Assembly: GCA_012295275.1 (NCBI GenBank) | Contig: CM022665.1 | Coordinates: forward strand, 5,580,001-5,644,000 | Length of the DNA: 64,000 nt | Source of the DNA: Chrysomallon squamiferum | Taxonomy: Eukaryota; Animalia; Mollusca | Direction: 5' to 3' | Shown: in pieces, positions 37,047-51,600 of the stretch | Layout: the number at the start of each line of letters is the position of its first letter | Position numbering within the stretch: position 1 is the stretch's first letter | Translations under genes and position numbers: made by a program | The notes under the pieces: generated by a model | Databases searched by the model: none | What the model was told of the DNA's origin: nothing | The model's input: only the letters and a program-made list of their open reading frames with translations

Positions 37047-38388
37047 TCACAGGATGAAGTTACGCACAACCTTCTGAATTGACCGTCTACACACGGGACA
37101 GCACTTTCCTTTCCTCTTGAGTCTCTTGGCACATGTGTAACAACAAACTTGATGTCCCGAACTTCCATGAATGATGCTTGCAGTTTTTGGCCGGGACAGA
37201 CAAATCATACACATGTCGGAGAAAGACGCCTGAAAGGATGAGTTAAATGCTTTGCTGGGACTAGGTTTGACAGACGTGCTGTCTGTACTGGAAATGATGT
37301 CATCCACTTTACTGTCTCTCTGTGCCAAGCCTTTCTTGCTGGAACGAATCACGACATTGTTTTTTCTTACCGAACCACCTGGCACGCCTTCTTTCGAAGA
37401 ACTTGAGCTGATGTTACTGTCAAGCAGTGACCCTGATGGTTCGTTGCAGCTTGATGCACGCGATTTATGCCCAGCATTTCCTTGTGGATGGAAACACGAA
37501 GTGTGGCCTATTATTTCGTCACGTGAAAACATTTCTTCTCGCAGTTCTTCGTTTTTGACTGATGAATGTTCAGATGATTCTTTCCTATTTGCGAAACAGC
37601 GTTCTTCAGACTCCTCCAGAAATGTAGATGAGTGTGGTGAAAGCAGTGATTGTGAATTCTGACCTGAAAACAACGCAGTGTGTTTCATTGACTCTTGGCT
37701 AGAAATTGTAAACGGAAAACGTGTCCCTTCACTGGTTCCACAATCATCACAGAAACTAAATCGATTCATGTCTGCCGTGGAAGTGTTTGTGAAGAAATAT
37801 TTTTTCAAGTCCTTTTGGTCCTGTTCTGAATTTCTGCTCACAGGCACAGTTTCAGCATGGTTAGACGAAACAAAACGACTGCTTTTATCAGATCCTGTTT
37901 CTGTAATCTGGGAGTATGAGACTGTTGAAAGACATGATTCATCTCGAACAATTTTCTTAAAGGCTGGTGATGTTTCTTGAGAATCTGGATAAAAATGTTC
38001 CACTCTGCTATTGCACAAAGCTGAAGTGGATGATGATGGTGGCTGTGAGGAACTAGCTATGCTGCTGTACGAAGACACATTTGACAATGTTTTGTTTCTT
38101 TGTGCAGGATGTTGATAAAGTTTGACGGTCGAACAGCTGGTCCTAGAGGAGTCACTTGTGGTACTTTCAGGTGATGAAACGACCCCAGGAGCAGAGAATG
38201 ACCTAGTGAATGTCTTCCTGGATGAGCTGATTACTGGCTGATTGTGAAAATCTGGCAGCCAGTCAGGTCGGAGTTTCCAGCATCGACTGCAGTACCTCTG
38301 AACAGGAGAGTTCTTTTCCTGGCACTCGCCACACGTCCATTTGTCCTGTAAACAAATAAAATGTATTAAACTGCTTTTTAGTCAGAAC

Positions 38389-38447
<59 letters not shown>

Positions 38448-39055
38448 TTAATGTTTCAAAGAGGAAAAAATCGACCCGATATAGACATAAACGTTAAAAC
38501 TATAAAGTTAACTTTCCTACCGAATGATCAACACAAAAACAGTACAAAATCTCTTTACATTCAAATTAACAACACAATTATGAACAAATTCTGAAATGCA
38601 CAGTCTACAACTAATTCTAATTTGGTGGGCTATTTCCAATTCCAGCTAGTGTCACATACAAATAATACGTTATATGTAGTGGTTATATACTGCTTTACTT
38701 CAGAACTTTCACAGTAAACCATATGTTAAATTATAAAGCCAGTGACAGAAAATATTTTTAGAAAACTTACAGCATCAGACAGTTCTGAATCTGATTCCGA
38801 CTCCATCTCGCTGGAGGCCCAGAATGGTACATCGCTGTCATTACACACAACCAGCATATCCTGTCACAAATAAAATATTACATCAGTTGTCCTTGTAGTA
38901 TTATTTTATTTTGTGGGTGTTTTTAAATCTAGATATCTGTAACAAAAGATCCTTCTAACTGCAGGTCATGACCTTTGCTTTCTGTATAATATTGCTAATG
39001 TTCGCTCTCCTTTTATAGCTTTCTAAAATTATTGACTTACTTACTTACTTACTTT

Positions 39056-39088
<33 letters not shown>

Positions 39089-39351
39089 TTTTCTATCATG
39101 AATAGAAATCATTACTTCGCCCGACACTTCAGAAATGTTATCAGATTCAGATGTCACTTCACTCAGATTTGATTCCACTTCATACTCTACTGAAAAAGCA
39201 TCGGATTCGTATGCCACCGATATTTCATCTCCTTCTACAAACCACTTCTCATCAGGAGAATCCTTCACCAGCACAGTCTCCTTGTCCTAACAGATAAAAT
39301 AGGAATATTTAAAATGAAATGGGTTTTTTATGTTTGAAAATAATGATGACA

Positions 39352-39383
<32 letters not shown>

Positions 39384-40997
39384 AAATAATAATAAATAAT
39401 AATAATAATAATAATTACTATTATTATGTAAGTTTTAAATTAGAAATATATATATATATATAGTTTTTCAAGTAATTTTATTTCATAAAAATTAAATTCA
39501 TTTAATTTCACGTTTATATTCGGCCACAGATGCCATAATTTCTTTCTTTTTTGCTTTTATTTTATTTTAATTTTTTTTACCTGAACACTAAGAATTTCAC
39601 TTTCATCTGATTTTTCCATTTTCACACTGAAGTACCATGGAAAGGACGAAGCCTCGGAGTCATTGTATGTCACATTTAGGGATGTCTTACGTTTTCTCAC
39701 TGGACCTTCTCCATCATTGGAGTCAGTGGACGCTCCATCTGAACATGATAAGTAATTTCTTAATTTAGATTTAGTTAAATATTCAGATATTGTTTATCAT
39801 TAAGATTACTTACTGAGCACATGTATTTTCACTGTTTAAGTTATATATATGGTTATTATTGTCCCTGCCGGTACAATTACTGATATCTAAAGGTAAGATG
39901 GTAGTGAAATGGTAAATGGTAATAGCAACAGCAAAAGTTGTAGTATTATTAATAGTAATAGTAGTAATATCTGACAGTAGCAGTAGTATTAACATTAGAA
40001 TAGTAGTAGTAGCAGCAGCAGCAATGATAGCAGTAGTAGTAGCAGTAGCAATAGAAGCAGTAGTAGTTATAATATTAACTGTAGCAGCAGCAGTTAATAA
40101 AAAGGGAATGAATGATAGAAATAGTTGTAGTTGTTAAATCTGTTACTGTACATTGCAATTTTTTCCCATTAAAAATATTTTATCTTAAACATGCACATCA
40201 ACAGACACGAATGTGCATACAGCAGTATTTGTCACAACAATCACTGTACACAGTGTCAACTGGGGTAAGAAACCAAAAGACAACCTTAAACATGCTTTGA
40301 GGGGAATGGACCCTGCACTCTGTCACACCTCAGATATCCCCCTTAATCAGTTAGCTACAGTCCACACTGACATTCACACTTTTTTTTTTGTTTGTTGTTT
40401 TTTACTGCACAAACTAGCGTTTACTTCATTATAATAATGATGTCCTGTAAGTCATCAAACACTTTAAACTGATTCTCTCATTATCCTAGGCAGTCATTAC
40501 CACAGATCAATGTCAGCAGATACGTTTACTGGTCATAAAAAAGGAACATGTACCTTGACGGGATGGGAGGAAATCAAAAGCATTTATGTTTGAGTTAATG
40601 GCACGGCTAACATTAACTGCTTTTAGTTTTACAGTTCTATTTAGCTAGCTGAGTGGGGTAATAGGTTGGTGACAGAATGCTGGTTTGCAGAACAATGGGT
40701 CACAGGTTCTGTCTTCTTTAGTCCTCTTTAACAATATCTGTTTCCCCATTCAAGCCAGTGCCTTGTGATGTATTTGTCAAACCTGATGTTATGTACTTCT
40801 GCTGGGAAGTTCATACAGAAGATTATTTCCTGAGAACTAACAATGAGAGTTAGCACTTGAATAATGGCAGCAGATTTTGTTTCTGTTTTATTTTGTGTAT
40901 AGTGGTGGTGGTGGTGGTGGTGGTGGTGGTGGTGTTGGTGGGGTTGTTTTTTTTTAATGTTTTTTTATTGCTATTTTTATTATTTTTGATTATTAAA

Positions 40998-41030
<33 letters not shown>

Positions 41031-41231
41031 TATTTGTTTTATTCTTTTTATTTTATTTTTTTTAAAAGCTGTGTACAACCAATTTTCATTCCATTCATTG
41101 CTTTGTGTGCAACAGTCAAAATTTCAATATGCAGAAAAAAGCATATAAAAGATCCTTTGCTATTATTAATGTTGTAAAAATGTAATGAGTTTCCACTGAA
41201 GACTACAGTTAAAAAAATAATAATACAAATA

Positions 41232-41262
<31 letters not shown>

Positions 41263-43721
41263 ATGACTCTAGGCCATCCAATAGCTGATTAAAGAAAATG
41301 AATCACTATGTTTACTGCTACTAGTACCATATTAAATGAAATAAACTTTTTATTCTGCCAAGAACCAGTTAAGATCCCTGAAAATATGTATTGATCAAGT
41401 ATTACAGAATCTTTCTTCTACACAAATACTGGTATTATCATTAACTTTTTGCAAAAAGATTTACAACTTGTTTGTTTTCTATCTTAGTTTCCTTGGTTGT
41501 GTGTCACTAATATGAAACAAAGGTTTTTTTTTTTTTCTTCATTCTTTATACTTAGCTGGTAATTTATCAAAACAATACCTGTCAAAACATCAGCAGATAA
41601 TGGTATCTATGTATATAAGTACTAGCACCCCACTGTTACAGAATTATCAACTATTTGTCACATATTAGTACCTGAAGAATAACCTTATACACATCACCTG
41701 TTATGTTTTAAATGTGTCATATTAATAAATATTTCTAATATATATATATATATTACATATAAAAAAATTATCTCTTATTTGTTATCTAACAAACTTGTAA
41801 ATATAAATAAATACATATTACATGAAACACCCAAGAATCGTCATTTCTAACTTGTTATCTCGTATACATGTATCACACTTATTACTTATAAACAGGATAA
41901 AGATTACACATACACCCACAAATTAACATCTTATACAATCCTCAACATCTGACATCTACTGCACACCTTCACAAACAATACCCAGATGTTTGTATCATCC
42001 AGCAGTTTTATTAATTTCATAACAAATTGTATTTTTATTTATTAGTTGTTGTTTTTTTTTTTATATGAATGAATGAATGTTTGCTTCACAATATTTCAGT
42101 ATTTAGTTATGGGATGGAAAAAACCCAGCTAATAATTGCAGGTTATTCTTTTTGATTAGCAGAAAGGGGTATTTCATATGCACCTACTCAAAATGTAACA
42201 GATGAAAAAATTAAAAATTAAAATGATATTTTGTAAAACTGTCTAGAAGCACAAATAGAAAGAACTATCACATCCCAGTACCTGAAGTTAGCTTGTTTTA
42301 ATTTATTTATAATTTAACACCCTATTTCAGTTTCATTATTCACTTTATTTTACACGATTTTTGTCTAAACAGTAAAATAATAATAAGAAGAAGAATGTTA
42401 ATAATAATAACAACAAAAATAATAAATAATAACAATTTTAGTAGAAGTAATAACTATATTATTATTATTATTATTATAAAAATAACATCAGTTTTTTTTT
42501 TTTTTTTTTTTTTTTTTTCTGGTGGGTGGGTTTTTGTTGCTGTTTTTTTTTTTCAATTTCAAACCGAAAAAGTAACTACGTTCAACCAATCTGCAATTCT
42601 TTCAACGCTAGCTCACGTAATTGCTGCGAACATGATACAGAAACGTTCGGAGTGTTTTTGTTTTGTTGTAAGCTGTTCAGTGAACCAGGTACAGACGTGT
42701 CACAGCAAAAGCAAATCAAAGTGACCTGCCCATTACAATGAAAGTTTATCTCACAGATTACAATCTACGTGTAATTAGGTTCGTTGGAGATGGAAAGCTG
42801 TCACGTCAATGGCAAGCAATGTTGGTAATTAGCTGGTAGCAAGTTGCTGCAGGTTTTACCACAAGTGTCAATGCAAAATTAATAACATCTCCAGCAACCT
42901 GAATGTCAGAGGTATACTTTTACAGAACATACATAATTTAGATCAATACAGTTGTTTGTTTTTTCATTCTTTACGAATGTCTCTTTTTTTTTTTTTTTTT
43001 TTAAGTTTTTCTTTTTTCTTTCTTTCTTTAGTATTATTATTATCATTATTATTTTGTGTATGTATGTATGGGTGTGTCTTTTTATATATACTTATAATAT
43101 GTATATATATATATATATATATGAATGTATATATATATATTTATGTTGTTATGTTTTTAAATAAAAACAATTTTTTTTTTTTTTTTTTTAACTAACATCA
43201 GAGAAAAACTGGTATACAAGAAGTAAATTCTATTGATATTTTATGTTAATTAAATCCATTTTCCTGTACATACTTTCAGCTTAAAAAGTCCAATATTGAT
43301 ATACTAAATGAAGTAAATGGTTGTTGTGTTGTATTTGAAAGTAAAATGAGTTTTGTTCAGATGAGAATATCAAATGTTAATTTAATGTTTTCTAAAGTAA
43401 AACAGGTTATTTCAGATGATAAAAAAAAAAAAAAAATAAAGTTATTTTATTTGCTGTCTAAAGTAAAATATTTTTTTGTTGTTGTTTTGTTCAGGGATTG
43501 TTGTTGGTTTTGATTTTTGATTTTATTTTTGAGCTGAAAATAATAAGATTTCTTTATTGTTTTTTTTTTTTTTTTTTTGTGTTTTATAGCAGTTTTTTAG
43601 TGTATTTATAGCTGAGTGTTATATTCCTTTCATTCTTACTGAATTTATTTAATTATCATTCATAATTGAACACTATACAGATAAGTAATTATCACATCTA
43701 GATTTTATTTTAAATTTAAAA

Positions 43722-43752
<31 letters not shown>

Positions 43753-46700
43753 TCGTGTTTAAAGAATATACAAGTGGTGCGAACACAAAATACTGAAACA
43801 AAAAATCTATTTTAAACAGATTAAAAATTATTTTTTACATAACAGATAAAAAAATATATATATTAATTTTTTTTTTTTAAAGTATTTGATCAGATAGACA
43901 GACTGACCACAAACTAACCAGTGACAGTTACCTGAACAAATTATCATTTCTACCTGTACATGTATACACAAGCAGGTGTTAAAGGTGAGTGACCTCTTTG
44001 TTTAATGCAGATAAGTGACATATTGGCTGCAGGTTTGTACAGGTCTGGGATAAACAAAGGGTGTATTGGAATTTGACAGTACATTATTAATCTGCACTAA
44101 TTGAATATACAATCTATAATGCATGAAGTTATTCAGGTAGAAAATGCAGGTGTAAAGAATCTAAGCTATCATAATATTTATTGATACCAGTATTTCATAA
44201 ACAGGTATAATTAATTAGTTTTATTTTCCTTTCCTGATTATGCTTTTAGTATTTAATAAACACCATTTCAGAATCAACAGTTTTATACACACACACACAC
44301 ACACAGACAGACAAACAGACAAAATATATACTTTAACATTTGCAAGTGCAACAATATAATGTAAAAGTATTTGATAATAGCTTATATATTAATAGTCACA
44401 GCAACAACAGAAGCTGCAGTAGGAGTGGTAGTAGTCAAAAATAATATCAGGTATAGTAGTAGTAGTAGTTGTAGTAGTATTAGAAATGGTAGTGGTAATA
44501 AAAGCAGTAGCAGTACTATTACTAGTAGCAGTAATAACAGTAGTATAATTAATAGCTAGTAATTCTAGTATTTGTAGTAGACTAGATGCAATAGAAAAAG
44601 TAATAGCAGCAGGATTATTAACACAACAAAAGCTTCAAAGCTTCCAACACATCAAGCCACCACTACATAATTTAGCAAGGCTCTTTTCAAATGGGATTAA
44701 TTATTGATTGCACATGAAAAAATCTCAGGTGCGCAAATGAATACGTGGAAACAATGCAGAGATGGTCAGGAAACATGATCACTGCTGGTGGATTAGAACG
44801 ACAGAATCTACCTGCACAGGTAACATGCAGCGGCTTGATTCAACAGGTGACAACTTGTCTTGCTAACGATTAGGAGAGAAATCTTCGCAAGCAGTGAATC
44901 ACTGGCACAGGAAAGGTAGTTTCGAGATAACATGCCAGTGTTTCCTGTGATGATACAAATGGCTTTAGCAAACTGGTAGAGCACAGACCTGAGGTGTCAT
45001 AGGTTATATGATCAATTCTTCCCAGTACAGCTGTTGAGAATATTTATCCAATTCCAACCACTTCTCAATGCAGTAGTATATGCTTTCCTTTCAATGGGAG
45101 GGTGCATGTAAAAGATATCTTGCTGCTAAATGATAAAAACACGAACCACAACCTCTGACAACCTAACTGTCAGGCACTGGTTGGAACGTGAAATAACCTA
45201 AAACAGTGCTCATCATTCCTTTGCATTAAGTCTAAGCGTTTTTTATTCTGACTTGGAGGTGATATTAATTACTATGTTACAAATCATTTTGATTTGTTAT
45301 AAAAAATTGTTTAGAAAATTTAAAAAATTCATTACAATTACATGCCCTAACAAGTAAAAGAAATACAAGTATGTGTATCTTTATTGTTTTGCTGACGTTT
45401 TTTTTATTTATTTTTTTTGTCCCTTCTTTACATGATTTGTTGTGTGTGGTAACAATAACAATAACATTTACACAAAAATTAATTTATTATGTTGTATTTT
45501 ATGAACATTGTTTGTAAAATATATTACAACTGCAGATGAAAAAACTGAAAAAGCAAAGGCATTTTTAATGGCTGTGTTATTTTGGGTCTCATATAGTCTC
45601 AGTGTTTGTTCACACTTCATATCAATTAGAGAAAAAATATTTGGAAAAGAAATATGCTGTCTTTTTAAGAAGTGAAGAAAGATCTTTAAGGAGATATTTT
45701 TGTAAATTGAAAAAAATAAAAAAATAAAAAATATAAAAAAATTATATTTTTCAGGTATTTTTGTTTTGTGACATCAGTATATTTTGAATAAATTTCTTGT
45801 CATTGTGTATTTGACAATTTAAAAAAAAAAAAAAAAAAAAAAATTCTTCATTTTTATTTTTATTATTATGGACTTATACTACTTTTATCAATTAACAGCA
45901 AGAGGATATTTATATTCATCTTCCACCAGAAAATCTGAATTACTACCAATGAAAAAAAAAAAAAAAGGTTATGAGGCACTGGCTGGAATGGAAAATATCT
46001 CACTGGAAGCACCAGGCAGAATTGATTCTGGAACTATAACACCTGACACCAGAACTCAACATTTAAGCTACAACTTGTTCTCCCACCCACACACCATACC
46101 CAGAAACACCATGACCTTTGACACACCCATCATCAGGCACTGTTTGGAACAGGAAATAGCATCAGAAGAGGATCGATCATTGTCTCAAGCCAGTTTTCTA
46201 ATTGGTGAATTTCAGTTAATAATATACAGAAATATACTGACTATACATAATATATCACGTGCAGTATTATGCCAGCTATATTTACCTTGTCTTCTTTTCT
46301 GACAGCTAAGAGGTCTGTCTTCAGGTTCTGCATTCTGTGGTGTCACAATTTCTGATGAACTGTTGCAAGTTGTTCTTGAGGTGGTGCTGGTTATAACCTC
46401 ACTGGATGCAACACTTGAAACCTCGGTAGTTTCCGGCTGTTGAAGTAATGTTGAAAACTATACATTTGGTTTGTTAACGTCACTTAATTATTTTACAAAA
46501 TTTAAACTATATATATATATATATGTATGTATATATGTATACAAATGCTGTATTAATCCACAAACTGCTGTTTTTACCTGTTCGGTGGTTTGGGAGCTGG
46601 TGGACACTGATCTAGACACAATGTGTCTCTTCCTCTTGATGCATGTATCTGGCACTGAAGTGCAGTTCTCTGATAGAAGACACCTGCAGAAAAAAACATC

Positions 46701-47026
46701 CAAAATTGTTTTTGAAAATCTGTGAAATTACAAATCAAGAATTAGGTCATTTGTGCATGAATTTCAGTATAAGGATTAAACCCTTTATCTATATATCAAC
46801 CCAAATATACACAGACAAACATACACTCACAAATATATATATATATATGCACTTATTTATAATGTGGCAAACTGTCAGTAGAATCTGCACACATTAGCAC
46901 CCACAAATTATCTGATGGTTATAAAATAACATCAACTTAAAATGATAAAACAGGCATCTTACTTCTCTCATTATTTTTTTCATTTTTTAAAATCATCTTC
47001 CTGGCTTTTATATAAGACAGCAAAGA

Positions 47027-47057
<31 letters not shown>

Positions 47058-47119
47058 CATGTGTTATGTTTATGTGTATATGTGTAAAATCATCAAAATT
47101 CTAATAATATTGTAAGCAA

Positions 47120-47189
<70 letters not shown>

Positions 47190-49015
47190 TGTATGTAATA
47201 TGGTGCAGCAAAAACAATGAAATTATTAATTAAAAACAATTAAAAATGTAATTAAAAACAAAAGAGATATATTAAAACCAAACAAAGAAATAAAGTTTTT
47301 CATTAATACTAACAGAACATCATCAATTGTGAAATTTTCCACTCCAAAAACCTTCCCCAGAAAATCTTCTTTGCAGTAAACCACTCTGGGATCATTTGGA
47401 TCATAGAGTTTTCGCGATCCAATGTAGTTCTTAAGAAAGAAGCAAATCTGGAATAAAAGAAAACCATTAGTACTACTAATAATAATAATAACATTAACAA
47501 CAACAGTGTGTGTGTGTGGGGGTGTGAAGAACGATAATTTTGAAACAGTATTTGAGGAAAAAACATTGATCTTGTTTATATCATTTATAACGTGTGTTAA
47601 ATTATAAGCAATGATAATAAAGTTATGAATATTTGTATTTATTAAAAAGTCCTTTTTATTATTATTCTTATCATAATTAATTTTTTCAATTTTCTCTTAA
47701 TCCAAGATTAACTGACATTCTCAATAATACTTAAATCTGCATTTTTTTTTTATCCTTTTATCAGTTCAGAATAATTACAAACAATACTTTATTATTGTTT
47801 ACATATCGAGAACTGTGACTTTTTTTATAACCTGAAAGTAAACAAATATCAAATAACCACTGTTTAATTAAATGCTGTAACGTATGCAGCAAAATAGGAC
47901 TCCAGTGTAAATGTTTCAGATTTGAGTGGGATTTTGTCATCCATTTTTCTTCTCTCCGTTTATCAGAACTACTCATAAAATAATCTAACAGAGATGAAGC
48001 ACTGAAAAACCATGACACAGATTTCTGTAGTAAATTCCTCATTTGTGTTAGAGCATTACAGTAAAAAAAATGTTATATAATTTTACACATTAATAACGTA
48101 ACAGATTATGCACACTGTATGAAAAATATGATGTAGTAATAACCATGAAATTATTAAGCAACATAAAAATGTAATTAAAAACAAAACAGATATATCAAAA
48201 CCAAACAAAGAAATAAAGTTTTTCTTTATTACTAACAGGACATTACCACTCCAAAAACCTTTCCCAAAATATATTCTTTGCAGTAAACCATTCTGGGATC
48301 ATTTCGACAATAGATTACATACAGAATATGTAATACCTGTGAATGTTGCACTGGGAATTTTTTTTAAGCATTATTAAATTAACAGCATACTGAACCAATA
48401 CATATGTAGAGACTTCATTGTATTTCATGAAATGAAGTCTGGGAGACACTAATTTACAAAAATATATAGACTGATATAATTGATAAAACACAGAAGCAAA
48501 TATCCCTGTAACAGATTTCATATTAGTTAATGTATCTATTAAACATTTCAAAACCTGTTTAATATATGTAATGTTAAAAACGAGAGAGAGAGAAATCAAA
48601 AATAAACTGTTTACCTCTTTCCTGGTGAAGACTTCACCTCTTGCTCCTGCTTGTTTCAGAATAAACAAAAAGTCCTGTTTTGGCCTAACCTGAAACAAAA
48701 TGGACAAGAAGCACTGAATATTAGAATACTGTTAACAAGTCTCAACTGAAAATGGTTTTTTTTTTTTTTTCAGTTTTTTTCAATTTTTTTTTTTTTTTTT
48801 GTTTTTTCTAATTTTAAACAAATACATACTGGGAACTCTACTACTAAAAATTCCAGTACATAATAAATCTATAGAATAAAACTGAAAAATCACTGAAAAT
48901 ACATCATGGAATATATAATCATTGTAAGTAAATGTTCTAAGAGCCAAGTCAAAGTTATTCTAGCAATCTTTCCCTTTAAAATTACCAAAATGTATGTTAT
49001 AATTAGCATCATCTA

Positions 49016-49049
<34 letters not shown>

Positions 49050-49059
49050 ATTATTATAA

Positions 49060-49101
<42 letters not shown>

Positions 49102-51568
49102 CTCATTTTTTTTTTTTTTTTTTTTTTTTTATTATTATTTATTCATCTTAATTTTAAATTAATATAAGCTACAACTGTTTCCTAACTTTTGAAAATGGCT
49201 ACCTATCCCTTGTCTGTCCTGTACAGAGGAAAGGTCAGAACTGGGATTGGTGAAGTTTTAATGAGTCAGAAGACAGGTTCTGAGTACAGGAAAGACGTGT
49301 TGTATATGGATTGTAGTATTTAGAAATTTCAAAACCAACTGAAGCTTTGCACCTTTATTAGTCACACATAATATCTTACTGTTTGAACATGGATTTTTTT
49401 AAAAAATCTTTTCAAAATAACAGGAATACAAAAGAATATAATTCATGCCAGACAGACTTCAATATGCACTGTCTGACTGACATGATATGAGAAATACATG
49501 TTTTAATTATGAAGACTCTTTTATGATTCAAAGCCATTACAAATTAGTTGGGTTTTTTATTTTTTTATTTTTTATATAGAATAATTAATTAATTTATTCC
49601 ACATAAAACATGTAAATTTATCAGATTTAACAATTCGACATAAAACACTGTAAATAGTGGAAAATAAATCGTGCTCAATATGAACTCACTTTTTAACAAA
49701 AATCCAGTACCGCAGTAGACTACAACATATAGAAATCTGAGGCAAATACCAGTAACTATAAAACCTAGGGCTATCAGTGAGTTGTGTTGGATAGCCAGAA
49801 CTTTACAAAAAAGAACTCAATATCATTACAGTTAAACCTGTCAAGTTTCTTTTCTACAATTCATACCTAATTTTCAAAAGGCTGGGCTGTACTTACCACT
49901 ATATTTGAATTAAACATTTTCAAAAACCTCCAGAACAAACAGTGAGCAACAACTACTAAAAATCATCAAACTAAAGTTTTATTTGAGAAATATCCCATTA
50001 CCAAGCAAAGACTGTCTCTGCTTCTAATATGACTATCAAGGCAGGACTTACCACAACATTTGAAAATAAACATTATCAAGTTAATGTTATGGAATAACCC
50101 ATTTTACAAAACAAGGGACAAACATTCTACTGTCAGTACATGGCAATCAAGAGACCACATTTACCATCAACTTTTCAATAAACATTATCAAACTAAAGTA
50201 TAACAAACAAATCACTATTCAAACAGTATCTGACTCTATTGCCTAAACAAGTCAATCATAGCAGCACATACCCACAACATTCGAAACAACCATAGTTATT
50301 CCACTACCCAAACATGGGACCAACTGCCAATGCATGTCAATAATTACATGGCAAAAGTTCTGCTCAATACAAAATACACATTAAGTAAATATTTCTCTCA
50401 CTGCTACAATAACAGTGTGTATAATTTATGGATGAGTGACTGTGACTTTCTTTCTTGTGGTGTTTGTTGACATACCACTTACCCATGTTATTAAAGCACT
50501 CACGTGTTTGATCATTTGTTGTGAAGTCATTACGGGATTTTAACACTTGGTGGGAACATGAACTAAACGTGGACACACAGGACTATTCCATAAATAAAAA
50601 CAGTGGGAGGATCGAAGACATAAAATGTACAATAGAATTTTTCTCAGATTTCCCCTTGCTGTTCTTCCTTTTTTCTTTTATTTATTTATTTATTTTTTAT
50701 TTTTATTTTTTTTTTATTTTTTTTTTTTTTTTTGTACTAAAGATTTATGCTTAAAGACAAAAAAAAACAAAAAAACAAAAAACAAATGTAATTCAATTTG
50801 TCTGTACTGTTAAAATAAATAAATAAATAACATTTATAATAATAATAAATTAAACTTAACAATAATTATAATAATAAATAAATATCAATAATAATAAAAA
50901 TAATGGTTACTGGTTATAAAGGGAAATATCCTAACACGCAAACCATGAAAAACAGATCCTGAAAGTTCATTATGTCTTAGTCGAGCACTCTAACCTCTGA
51001 GCTAAACTACTCCCCATTTAAAAACCAGCCATTTTTAAGTCAAATTTAACAGATTTTTACAAACCAAATATATAGGAGAAATAAAGCCACAAACAAACTA
51101 GTCATCTCTTATTAACTTTTTACTAGTATTATAATTGCTTGTTTGTTCTGAAAAAAAAAAAAAAAAAAAAAAAATCATTGATTTTACATCAAATTAGTTT
51201 CAAATTAAAACAAAGCAATAAAAATATGAAAATATTAAAAAAATAAAAATAAAAAAATAAAAAAATAACACAAAAGAACTAACAATTATTTCTACAGCCA
51301 CATCCATTTGCACACATCAATAAAATAACAAAAACACAAGGATCTAAACCATTAATTCCAGTACAAGTATGTGCATGAATCTCTGCTTTTATTTAATCAA
51401 GAAAACTTGATAAAATAATTTTGTTAGAGAACTGAACCTGAACTTAGAAAGCATTTGTGAGAATGAACAATCAGATACAACTGTGAGAAAAAATAAAAAT
51501 AAATAACAATAAATAACATTAAATAAACAAACAAACAACAATCACAACAGTAATTTATAATAATAATA

Positions 51569-51600
<32 letters not shown>

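Noticed and set aside
37252-37980. Plus-strand ORFs of 136 and 100 aa
   Set aside because: Antisense shadows of the MDM terminal exon with no independent signals.
45868-46302. 144-aa plus-strand ORF inside MDM
   Set aside because: Runs through a poly-A tract and an antisense decayed SINE; no domain similarity.
50985-51016. tRNA-like sequence on the minus strand (TTTAGCTCAGAGGTTAGAGTGCTCGACT)
   Set aside because: Only an A-box/D-arm-like head with no complete cloverleaf; better explained as a SINE head.
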